In this document: in pieces, positions 18,072-26,923 of the stretch
Position numbering within the stretch: position 1 is the first letter of the stretch
How the letters are laid out: each line of letters begins with the position of its first letter
Assembly: GCA_048937405.1 (NCBI GenBank)
Contig: JBHLNF010000022.1
Span: 1 to 35,380 of the forward strand
Length of the DNA stretch: 35,380 nt
Reading direction: 5' to 3'
Origin: Promethearchaeota archaeon
Lineage (GTDB): Archaea; Asgardarchaeota; Lokiarchaeia; Sigyniarchaeales; SOKP01
Program-made: the position numbers and the translations under genes
The notes under the pieces: generated by a model
What the model saw: only the letters and a program-made list of their open reading frames with translations
What the model was told of the DNA's origin: nothing
Databases searched by the model: none

Positions 18072-19973
18072 ATGATATATATGACGGAACAAAATTTAGT
18101 ACCAAAAAAAGTTGAGGTAAATCCTTCTGTTGAAGCGGAAAATATATCCCACTTTATAGATAATTTTGAGGAATCAAGCACTCGTTTGTCTCCCAGTATC
18201 AAACGCGAAGATCTTTCAATTGTAAAAGGAGTTGGTCCATTGGTTGCACAAGCATTATACGAAGGAGGTATTGAACGTGTTATTGAACTTGCAAAGTCGA
18301 AACCAGAAGATCTAATGTCATTAAAAGGAATTGGGCTCTCGAAAGCTCAAAAGTTAATTGAAAATGCAAAGAATCAACTTAAGAATAAGACATTGAATGG
18401 ATTTTCTATGAAAACTGATTCTCATCTTAAAATAGAAAATACTTCTTTAGGTGATTCCCTTCAAGATATTAATGGAGAAGAAGGTATTTCAAACTACAAA
18501 ATTCGAAATTTTGAAAATGATGAGGATATTGAAGTCAATGCAAATTTCGAAGATATAAAGAAAGATTATTCTACTTTTGAAGCAAATGATATTAGCAACC
18601 AAGTTATTCAACCTGAATCAAATGTACAAGAGGAAAGTATTGATAACCTTGAACTATCTATAAAGGATATTAAATTACCAATTCATGACTTTATTTCATT
18701 TACAAATGAAACTGAAGTTAAATTTGAAAAAGAAAAGGAAAATTTAACTAGAATTGAACCACTTTTAGGAAAAGAAGGAATTATTTTAGAAAAATTTAAC
18801 CAACTTGAAGATAAATTACGACATCAATTAACAGAATATGGTTTTCATATTATTGAAAAAACTGTTGAGTTACGTGAATTAACTTCTGGGATTGATATTA
18901 TAGCAGCTAAATTTGTTTCTAATTGGAGTTCTCAAAAAAAAATTAGTAATCCTAATGATTTAGTTTTAATTATTCCAATAAAAATATCCCCTCTTGAGGG
19001 ATCTTTGATTGTCTCTAAAGAAAGAATAGAATATGGTGCTCTTGATAAAGATAGTGATTTTTATGTTAAAAGATTACCAATGTTATATGTAGAAACATTA
19101 GAAATGACTGAAAAAGCTATTCGAAACAATATATCCAAAAACGGGGCACTATTAAAAATTTTAAATCAAATCTTAGGATATCCATTATCTCTCAAAAGAA
19201 CCACAACAAGAAAAAATCTCTACTTTTATTCTGGAAATAATCAATGTGAAATTATTATTGAACCAATAATACTTTCCCAAAATATGGTGGGATTTACCGA
19301 AAAATTACTTCCATTTGCTTATCATAGAAATACAAATATTCATGTTTTGCAACTAGACAAGCTTTCTATGTTCTTGAGATATATTGAAAAAAAAAATTTA
19401 CTACTTGAATCCTCCACTAGTAAGAAAAGCTTACGGGAACTTCATTATAAAGCGGAAAGTAAATTGTTTAAACATTTAAAATTTATCAGCCCTTTTATAA
19501 TTTTAACATTAACTTATTTTATCATATTTTTATTTCAAGCATATTCATTTTTAGTGGTAATGAATAAGATAGCACTCGGATTAGCGATCCTTATGGGAAT
19601 TCTTCTCGGATATTTCATGCTAGAGTACTTTAAAAATATTTTAGAAATACAACAGGAGTTCTCTATACCTTATTATAAAAGAGATTTGCATTTAGACAAT
19701 ACCAGTCTTAAATTAATTAATGAAGATTTTTCTCCAATTCTTATGGAACAATTCTCTTATGAATGTTTGGGAAAAAATTCTGGATTTAAAATTATTGAAA
19801 AAGTAGAAAACCAAAATACTCAAAATTTTCTTCAAGAAAAGTCTTTTCAGAAAAAAATTAAACAAACAGATTTGTTTGAAGAAGAAGTTAATAGCCAGAT
19901 CTCAGAAAATCCGGGTAGATCTGAGGAGAGAAATGAATTAAAACAGAAATATAGTTCATTTTTGGAGGACTAA
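18072..19973 (+). CDS. Membrane protein with N-terminal tandem helix-hairpin-helix DNA-binding domain
   Basis: VKGVGP...LKGIGLSKAQKLI (RadA-N-terminus-like HhH pair); acidic linker; globular domain containing GIDIIAAK; two TM helices near the C-terminus. Confidence 0.75.
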   Translation: MIYMTEQNLVPKKVEVNPSVEAENISHFIDNFEESSTRLSPSIKREDLSIVKGVGPLVAQALYEGGIERVIELAKSKPEDLMSLKGIGLSKAQKLIENAKNQLKNKTLNGFSMKTDSHLKIENTSLGDSLQDINGEEGISNYKIRNFENDEDIEVNANFEDIKKDYSTFEANDISNQVIQPESNVQEESIDNLELSIKDIKLPIHDFISFTNETEVKFEKEKENLTRIEPLLGKEGIILEKFNQLEDKLRHQLTEYGFHIIEKTVELRELTSGIDIIAAKFVSNWSSQKKISNPNDLVLIIPIKISPLEGSLIVSKERIEYGALDKDSDFYVKRLPMLYVETLEMTEKAIRNNISKNGALLKILNQILGYPLSLKRTTTRKNLYFYSGNNQCEIIIEPIILSQNMVGFTEKLLPFAYHRNTNIHVLQLDKLSMFLRYIEKKNLLLESSTSKKSLRELHYKAESKLFKHLKFISPFIILTLTYFIIFLFQAYSFLVVMNKIALGLAILMGILLGYFMLEYFKNILEIQQEFSIPYYKRDLHLDNTSLKLINEDFSPILMEQFSYECLGKNSGFKIIEKVENQNTQNFLQEKSFQKKIKQTDLFEEEVNSQISENPGRSEERNELKQKYSSFLED

Positions 19974-19974
19974 T

Positions 19975-20652
19975 ATGCATATTGATAAGTTATTTAAAAA
20001 TTTATTTTTTTTAGGATTAATTTTATTATTTCTCTCATGTTTTGTTGAGTGGTATTCATTTAAAATCATAACTTCAAACGGTGAAATAATTGTAAACTGG
20101 AATTATGATTTGTTTTATGGGTGGACTTCACCTTTATCAGATTCCTTTAATGGTTTATATTATCCTGGTGAACCAGTATTCCCACTTATTATTAATATTA
20201 TATTAGTACTGTTAATTTTCTTTTCGGGATATATTGTTTTTTTTAACAATCTTGAAAAAATTACTCCACAAACTAATAAAATGTTATTTGGATATGGGAT
20301 AATGGCTTTACCTATACTATTAATTTATTACATCTGGATATTTCCGTGGGATCTGAAAGATCTCTATTATCCTATGATGATTGTAAATAATTTAGAGACA
20401 GGTCTTACATCAGTATATACTATTGGATTGGGTAATATTTTAGCTATTATCTCATTTCCCCTGATATTCGCATATTCTTTTTTCTATTTTTTAACATCAT
20501 ATAAATTTGAAAAAAAGGAAACAACCCCTGATTCTATTGTACAGACTATAATTAATAATTCTCAAAATGAACTTGATTTGGACAGACTTATTGCAGAAGA
20601 ACAAGTTAAGAAAATGAAGAATACTAACCAAAGTAAGAATACTTACAATTAA
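19975..20652 (+). CDS. Four-TM membrane protein
   Basis: TM1 followed by EWY and a beta-rich loop, three more TMs, cytosolic tail LDLDRLIAEE; 1-nt gap to the upstream gene. Confidence 0.75.
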   Translation: MHIDKLFKNLFFLGLILLFLSCFVEWYSFKIITSNGEIIVNWNYDLFYGWTSPLSDSFNGLYYPGEPVFPLIINIILVLLIFFSGYIVFFNNLEKITPQTNKMLFGYGIMALPILLIYYIWIFPWDLKDLYYPMMIVNNLETGLTSVYTIGLGNILAIISFPLIFAYSFFYFLTSYKFEKKETTPDSIVQTIINNSQNELDLDRLIAEEQVKKMKNTNQSKNTYN

Positions 20653-20666
20653 AAGGGGGTAAATTT

Positions 20667-21530
20667 ATGAACTTTGAAAATCAAGACTTAAAGTTGAAAA
20701 CGCTTATACAGGTGTGTAAAGAAACAGGGAACTTAAAAAAAATGGCTATAGTCTGCTTTGAACTAATAAGTAGAAAGTTGGACGAAATAGGAGTTAAACT
20801 AGGTGTAAGAAAAAGACTAGATTCTGGAGAAACTCTTGTTGAATATATGGAATTGATAAATCAAATTTTTCTTGATAATTTAGGAATTTCAATATTTCAG
20901 GATAATATTATTGAGAAAATAAGTGAATGTGAACCATTATTCTTAAAAAATCGAGGAAATATTCCTTTTTCTAGTATTAGAACCATATTTAAAGTTTTTT
21001 ATGAATTACGGAAATTAGATGTTCCAAACCTTCATAGAGAGTTCGATGATTATGATATAATGACTATATCTCCATATAGGTTAAGATCTTTTTTTTCCTC
21101 TAATTCAAGAGATAGACACAACAATAGTACAAGTGTATTAGAGCCGATGATATTACAAAAAATAAAGGAAAAACAACTTTCTCTTCAAAAACAATCTCAA
21201 AATAGTTTTAATAGATATTCCTTAGAAACTGCTATCTCATTAAAAAATGTTGAAAATTCAATACGTTTGAAGAGAAAACAAAAAAAAATTAAGTTTGAAG
21301 GGAAGCTTAAGGATAGTATCAGATATCAACAATCTGTTGAAAATGTGGTAGGTTATTTCATTATTGGAGTTGTTATTTTACTTTTTATACTTGGAATATC
21401 CATACTCCTCAAACTGATGATTTATCCGAATATAATAAGTACATTAAGTTATTGGTCGATGATATTAATCGGAGGGGGCGCATTACTTCTTTTTATATAT
21501 ATTCAATATTTTATAAGGAGGATATATTAA
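20667..21530 (+). CDS. Hypothetical protein with two C-terminal TM helices
   Basis: RBS GGGGGT upstream; soluble helical N-terminus; TM hairpin at the C-terminus. Confidence 0.75.
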   Translation: MNFENQDLKLKTLIQVCKETGNLKKMAIVCFELISRKLDEIGVKLGVRKRLDSGETLVEYMELINQIFLDNLGISIFQDNIIEKISECEPLFLKNRGNIPFSSIRTIFKVFYELRKLDVPNLHREFDDYDIMTISPYRLRSFFSSNSRDRHNNSTSVLEPMILQKIKEKQLSLQKQSQNSFNRYSLETAISLKNVENSIRLKRKQKKIKFEGKLKDSIRYQQSVENVVGYFIIGVVILLFILGISILLKLMIYPNIISTLSYWSMILIGGGALLLFIYIQYFIRRIY

Positions 21531-21532
21531 CT

Positions 21533-24500
21533 ATGGTCCAATCGTATATACCTAAAGATTTCAGTAAAAAAAATAATAACAAGAAATCTTTTGAAAAATG
21601 GGGAGAACAGTCTGAGGGAAAAAAAGATTACTTGAATCTCTGGAGGGTAAATCCTTCATTTAGAGATATTAATAGAGTAAGATCATTAACCAAAGCTCTC
21701 TCATTACTGGTATTAACGTTTATATTTATAATATCTGTATATAAAACAACTTATAATTTAATTACTTCCCTATTTTCGGGTATTATATTTCTCATTATAT
21801 TTATTTTGATTTTTAATAAGGAGTTTTTTTCCTTGAATTTACTATTTTCTAGGTTATTTCGAAGAATGAGAATTTTTGATCCTTTTGAACCTTATATATT
21901 CTGGTTTAATAATGGTGATAAACATACTCTTTTTGTCCATAATAAGAACGATCTTGTTACTTTTGCTATGCAGATTTATAGTATTGAAATGATCCCTGAA
22001 AATGTAAATCCCAATGTTGGAGGTTTTATTAGATCATTAAGTATCAAAGATATTAGACTCTCATATTCATATCAAGTAGTGCAAAAACCAATAATCAATC
22101 TTTTTGATAATAATATCAATACACAGGAGACTTATAATTCTTCAACATCAACGATAGGAAAAATCTATTTTTCTGTTTTTGGTAGTATTTCTGGTATTTT
22201 AACGAGTAAAAGAATTGACAAACTCAATCATTTCATAAATTTATATTCAAGTTATCTAAAAAGTAATCTGGTCACTAATTTCCACCATTTTAAATCCAAA
22301 CTATTATCAGGCGATGATTTACTCAACGGAGTTCGGGTAATGTTTATAGGAGTTGATTCTCAAGAAAATAAAAATATGAGTGCAAAATCATTAAAAAATA
22401 GCATTAAGAAAATTTATCTTAAGTTTTCTTTCGTCATATTCTTACTCATCCATACTGGATGGTTTTTTTCAGAGATTATAGTTTTAGATTTAACTTATAT
22501 ACTGCTTATTGATTTATCATTAATCTTTTTACTTATATTTACATGGTGGCGTTCAATTTTATTTGAAATTTCAAAGAGGTCTTTAAGGACAGATACAGAA
22601 ATGGATTTTTTGCATCCCTTTAAAAAAGTCAAATTTTACACATTGAGAAAATTTCCTCACAGTATTTTTATGCACGTTGATAATCGACTTTTAATAGGTA
22701 TAAAGATAATCAATTTAAAGTATATTTATAATAATACTTATCATAGGTTTGATCCGAGATTCGATCATAGACTTGATCGCTTTATTGAAGCACTTAATTA
22801 TCATAAAATCCATTTTACTTATACCTTGAAAAATGAACCTCTTTGTTATTATACTTTTGATAGGTATGGTCTTAAATCAGTATATGATAAAGTAAAAAGA
22901 AATTTATTATTTCACCCTAATTATAGGATTCAAGATGCATTAGGTGAAGAACAATGGTTATCATATAGAAAAGGTATGTGGTACAGTTTTTTAACGATTT
23001 CTATAAATAGGTATAAATTAACAGAGTCTTTTGAGATTGCTATACTTGAAAAATTGGAACATGAACTTGAATCTCACTCTATAACTTTAAAAGGAGCTTT
23101 TCAAAGCAATTTTCATAATTATAAAGTAGAGGATTTAGAATTAAATCGATTAATCTCAGGTTATCTTTTTTCTGTATTCAAGCATAATAATTTTAGAATA
23201 GATGGCTCGCATCTTTCGTATCTTATGCTTCAAGGGGCGACTTTAATACCATTTAGTACTCCAGTACAGATTCTAAGAAGAACAACAGAATCAGAATTAC
23301 CTGTTGAGTTTAATACTCCGACTTATCTAAAGAATTTTATCACAATAGGATATACATTAAACACTGAAGTGTTTGAAAAACAAGTACCTGTTGGATTTCT
23401 ATATGATCAAATAAAGAATTTACTTATAGTTAATGGTATTTACCAGAGTAGAGAATTAACTTCAATGAAAATTGTGTCAGAATTAATACCGCTTGGGAAG
23501 CCTTCCCTCATTTTTGATTTTTCTGGTCAATGGAGGAAACTTCTCTCCTTATTTAAAGGATCTCCTTATATCAAAGACATTTCTCATTTTCGTTTAGGAA
23601 CTGCTTTTACTATAAATCCATTAAATTCGGACATCCCTTATGATACAAATAATACCGATTATCTTGAATATATGCTTGACGCTTTTGCACTAGCATTCAA
23701 GAAAGATCCAAGAACGATTGATATACTCCGAGATATTATAAGTAAAAATCCAGAAATAGATTTATCATCAATGCAATTGGAAGCAAAATCCCAAAATAAT
23801 TGGCAGAAGACATCTTTGAGTTTCTCGATTGAAACATTATTTGCAGATCTAACTCCTCAAGATAAAACCTATTTTCAAGATTTGTATGGACCTAATAAAA
23901 TCCTTGTAAATGATTTTATTAATGATGAAAAAACAATTATCATTGATCTTTCCATTTTAAAAGATTTAAATAAGAAATTATTTTTTGCATTTTTAATCTT
24001 ATCAAAGATTATTCATTATATAAAATATGAAAAGGATTATCATCCAAAGGTTATTGTATTACCTTTCATTGACTTATTTTTCGATTCTAGATTTTTAGAC
24101 ACTCGTATGAATTATGGGAAAATTAATTCGTTTCTAGGGCCTCTTGTAACAAAAGATTTCGGACTTCTCTTTACAGCAAATCAAGTACATTATCTTCATC
24201 CTAATATCTTCACATATTTTAGTAATATCATTTCATTCAGAGCTACTGATAATAACGATGTTGCATTATTAAAAAGTCTATTAAGTCTGTATGAAACACC
24301 TGGAACTGGTGAATACTCCAAAAGTCGTCATAAAACATATAAATTGGAGTATTTAAGAGCTCTTAAAAATAATAACATCTTAATAAAGAGAGAGGATATT
24401 TACCAAACATTTCCTGCGTTAATAGATTGGAAAAAAGTTAAGAATTCTGAACCTTATACTTATGACCAAGTAATTGAATTTATGGAGGAACAAGGCTATA

Positions 24501-25378
24501 ATTTACGTTCTACAGAACAAATGATTATAAATGGAGCAATGACAACGATCTTTGAGAAAGATTTAGGGTCACACATTTTCTATATTGAGGAAATTATTAA
24601 TTTTATGAAATCTATAAAATCTGTTGAGAGAGTAGGTAACTTATATAAGGATAAAATTAAGAAAGAATTATTAAAGTGGATTTATCCAAAGCTTTTAAAA
24701 AAGACAAGTAATAAGGGATATATGAAAAAAATTAGAGACGATCTTTTGAACAAACTTTTAAAACATGATTATTTAGTAGAGGATCATCCTAAAAGAGCAA
24801 GTGGTTCAGAATCACTGGCAACCTCTTATAAAGTAGGGGATCAATATGAAAAAGCCTTAAACGATTACTTTAAAATCAAAGGAAAAAATTCAAAAATTAC
24901 AGTTGAAAAAGTGAGTGAAGATTTAACAGAGGATGTAAGCAAAGAAAAGGAAAAAGAAACTTTTACTAATCAGCCACGAAAGTATATAATACGACAAGAA
25001 GATGTATATGAAGCATTAGCACGTGAATTCAGTGATTTTACCTATGAAATGAGTAAGTTATACAAATTCATGAGGAATACTAACTATTCTAGTGCCTTAA
25101 AGATTGAACAGAATATTATAAAGAAATTTCTCTTTAATGTATTTCGTCATTATTATAATATTGATCGTGCAGTAATACCCTCAGAGGTGTTATCATTTTT
25201 TGAAACAATGGAAAATACAGAAAATTTTCCATTTACTGTGCAAAAATTAAAGGATTACTTAACAACGTATCAAGAAATTAACTTAGATATTAATGATCCC
25301 GAGAAATTAGCACATAAATTATACAATTCCATTCACCATTTCTTTATTAAAATTCAAAATTATATTTATCAGGAGTAA
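21533..25378 (+). CDS. Large membrane-anchored VirB4/HerA(FtsK)-like protein with degenerate Walker motifs
   Basis: Start reassigned to ATG 21533 (RBS AAGGAGGA at 21515-21522, 2 nt after the previous stop). HerA/VirB4-like motifs: NLLIVNG, LIFDFSGQW, FTINPL, TIIIDLS, FTANQ, IISFR. Confidence 0.65.
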   Translation: MVQSYIPKDFSKKNNNKKSFEKWGEQSEGKKDYLNLWRVNPSFRDINRVRSLTKALSLLVLTFIFIISVYKTTYNLITSLFSGIIFLIIFILIFNKEFFSLNLLFSRLFRRMRIFDPFEPYIFWFNNGDKHTLFVHNKNDLVTFAMQIYSIEMIPENVNPNVGGFIRSLSIKDIRLSYSYQVVQKPIINLFDNNINTQETYNSSTSTIGKIYFSVFGSISGILTSKRIDKLNHFINLYSSYLKSNLVTNFHHFKSKLLSGDDLLNGVRVMFIGVDSQENKNMSAKSLKNSIKKIYLKFSFVIFLLIHTGWFFSEIIVLDLTYILLIDLSLIFLLIFTWWRSILFEISKRSLRTDTEMDFLHPFKKVKFYTLRKFPHSIFMHVDNRLLIGIKIINLKYIYNNTYHRFDPRFDHRLDRFIEALNYHKIHFTYTLKNEPLCYYTFDRYGLKSVYDKVKRNLLFHPNYRIQDALGEEQWLSYRKGMWYSFLTISINRYKLTESFEIAILEKLEHELESHSITLKGAFQSNFHNYKVEDLELNRLISGYLFSVFKHNNFRIDGSHLSYLMLQGATLIPFSTPVQILRRTTESELPVEFNTPTYLKNFITIGYTLNTEVFEKQVPVGFLYDQIKNLLIVNGIYQSRELTSMKIVSELIPLGKPSLIFDFSGQWRKLLSLFKGSPYIKDISHFRLGTAFTINPLNSDIPYDTNNTDYLEYMLDAFALAFKKDPRTIDILRDIISKNPEIDLSSMQLEAKSQNNWQKTSLSFSIETLFADLTPQDKTYFQDLYGPNKILVNDFINDEKTIIIDLSILKDLNKKLFFAFLILSKIIHYIKYEKDYHPKVIVLPFIDLFFDSRFLDTRMNYGKINSFLGPLVTKDFGLLFTANQVHYLHPNIFTYFSNIISFRATDNNDVALLKSLLSLYETPGTGEYSKSRHKTYKLEYLRALKNNNILIKREDIYQTFPALIDWKKVKNSEPYTYDQVIEFMEEQGYNLRSTEQMIINGAMTTIFEKDLGSHIFYIEEIINFMKSIKSVERVGNLYKDKIKKELLKWIYPKLLKKTSNKGYMKKIRDDLLNKLLKHDYLVEDHPKRASGSESLATSYKVGDQYEKALNDYFKIKGKNSKITVEKVSEDLTEDVSKEKEKETFTNQPRKYIIRQEDVYEALAREFSDFTYEMSKLYKFMRNTNYSSALKIEQNIIKKFLFNVFRHYYNIDRAVIPSEVLSFFETMENTENFPFTVQKLKDYLTTYQEINLDINDPEKLAHKLYNSIHHFFIKIQNYIYQE

Positions 25379-25752
25379 TGTTCAAATTGAATGGGAAACT
25401 TACAAGAGAGGAAAATCTCAGAAAAATAGTGGAAAAAAGAATTTTTGATAAGCATCAATTAGTTGAGTTAAAAAAGTTAACTCAAAAAGTAAGTACTGGT
25501 GAAATATCGGCAAGAAAACTACGAGAAACCATCTTAGAATTTAGAGAAGACATTTTAGAAAAGGTATTAGATATATTTGAATTCTATGCACACCAAACAA
25601 CTACTCAAAATCAATTATCGGAATATGCTTCAAGTAATAATCCTGAAATTACAGTAGATCTTCAAGAAAAAAATGGATTATTAAACGAAGTTGCATCAAG
25701 GATCGATAAAATTTACAGGAAATTGAAAGAAAAGTTAGAGATATCCAGATAA
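25378..25752 (+). CDS. Hypothetical helical protein, last gene of the operon
   Basis: TAATG stop/start overlap with the upstream gene; followed by a T-tract. Confidence 0.7.
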   Translation: MFKLNGKLTREENLRKIVEKRIFDKHQLVELKKLTQKVSTGEISARKLRETILEFREDILEKVLDIFEFYAHQTTTQNQLSEYASSNNPEITVDLQEKNGLLNEVASRIDKIYRKLKEKLEISR

Positions 25753-25754
25753 TC

Positions 25755-25763
25755 CTTTTTTTT
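25755..25763 (+). terminator. Oligo-T terminator candidate
   Basis: CTTTTTTTT directly after the stop at 25752. Confidence 0.4.
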
Positions 25764-25919
25764 CTCAGATTTTAATAAAAGTAGCTTTAAAATTTGAGAG
25801 TTAAATAATCACTAATTACAATTTCTTAGAAAAAATTTATTCAGAAGTAAAATAATTTCTACAAAATTAAATTTTCATGTAATAGTAGAAAAAAAAATTA
25901 TTTTTTTATTTTCAATACA

Positions 25920-26294
25920 CTAAAATTCATACCCACATTTTTTTCACTGTTATTGAGATAATCAATAACATTTGCAAACATATTTTTTAGCGTATATTTT
26001 TACACCACCCATCTGATGCAAAACTTGGTTTCTATCTTCGTGTGTTGCAAAAGTAGTTCCTCCGCATTCAGGACAAACTCTTCTACCTTCAACGGGTGGT
26101 TTTTCTTCCATTCTTGCTTCTTCTTCTTGTTTATCAACAATCACGGATGGTTTAACAGTAGTAGCTGGGGTGGGTGATGAGGATGACATTGCTGGAGCCG
26201 AACTCATAGAAGGAGTTTCAGTTTTCAATAATGTATCCAATTTGCCATTGATATCTTCAAGTAATTTCAATACTTTTTGTTCAAATTCTGACAA
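25920..26294 (-). CDS. Small Zn-ribbon protein interrupted by a 30-nt intron; predicted spliced CDS joins 26294..25972 and 25941..25920, 114 aa ending YVCKKCGYEF
   Basis: TTG start with AGGAG RBS; coiled-coil N-terminus, S/P/T linker, EGRRVCPECG. The second CxxC is complete only after removing 25942-25971. Confidence 0.85.
25942..25971 (-). other. Putative bulge-helix-bulge (BHB) mRNA intron, 30 nt
   Basis: mRNA: UAUGU-UUGC-AA^A-UGUUAUUGA-uuauc-UCAAUAACA-GUGA-AA^A-AAAUGU. It has a 9-bp inner stem, a 4-bp central helix (UUGC/GUGA) and two 3-nt bulges. Confidence 0.8.
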
Positions 26295-26505
26295 AAAAAT
26301 CTCTCCTAAATTATAATTTTTTAAAATATTATATTTTGAAATTGTTTTTAAAAATCTAATCTAAGTTTGATTTTATATATTTTAGTAAAAAGAATGAATA
26401 AAAAAAATCACTTTATTTCAAAATTAGGAAATCCTTCAAATATTAACCTATTTATTCACTAAATCTATTTATTTTATAGCTAGAAAATTTAATAATCTAA
26501 AACTT

Positions 26506-26901
26506 TTATGATTCAATCATGTCTCTACTTGAAATTATATTTATTTCAAGTCCTAATAAGTTTTTAATTAGAATATCACCCATTTTTATTGGAGCTTGAG
26601 TTTTAGTTTCTGCTATTAGTTTCAAAGTTTCTCCTAATTTTTCTTTCGGTATTGGTTTATCTGATCTAACAGGTATTAATGGTAAAAAACCTTTTTCAAC
26701 TCGCATTGTAGTCGTAAGGATTCTTTTTGGGGCTATGAACTCTTCCCTTGCATATTCTTCCCCTCTTTTACAGGAGTGACCTTCTATGATTAATTCTCCA
26801 TTAATATTTTTAACATGAACAAGACATCCTGTTGGACAAACTATACATCTTATTTCTTTTGATCCTTCAGGTAGTTTATTTTCATTATTATTATTTGACA
26901 T
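26506..26901 (-). CDS. DUF1667-family CxxC protein (third gene of the G3PDH-type operon)
   Basis: CIVCPTGC, GHSCKRG..YA..E...PKRILTTT, PVRSDKPIPK, APIKMGD. Confidence 0.85.
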   Translation of the reverse strand: MSNNNNENKLPEGSKEIRCIVCPTGCLVHVKNINGELIIEGHSCKRGEEYAREEFIAPKRILTTTMRVEKGFLPLIPVRSDKPIPKEKLGETLKLIAETKTQAPIKMGDILIKNLLGLEINIISSRDMIES

Positions 26902-26923
26902 TTCTAATCACCTCTTGTTGCAA

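Noticed and set aside
21452-21532. ORF-track start of the 1308-aa protein
   Set aside because: It overlaps the upstream gene by 79 nt; ATG 21533 has a strong AAGGAGGA RBS and follows the upstream stop.
7335-25752. Integrated conjugative element or provirus
   Set aside because: No integrase, relaxase, replication or capsid gene, no tRNA target or flanking direct repeats noticed, and no obvious compositional shift by eye.
25962-25964. TGA after CKCY as selenocysteine or stop readthrough
   Set aside because: Two more in-frame stops (TAA, TGA) follow before KKCGYEF, so readthrough cannot restore the domain; the 30-nt excision does.
25942-25971. The hairpin as an att site, MITE footprint or simple terminator
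   Set aside because: I saw no second copy or integrase in the window. A terminator would not explain the in-frame CGYEF downstream or the exact BHB geometry. An insertion footprint with AAA duplication cannot be fully excluded.
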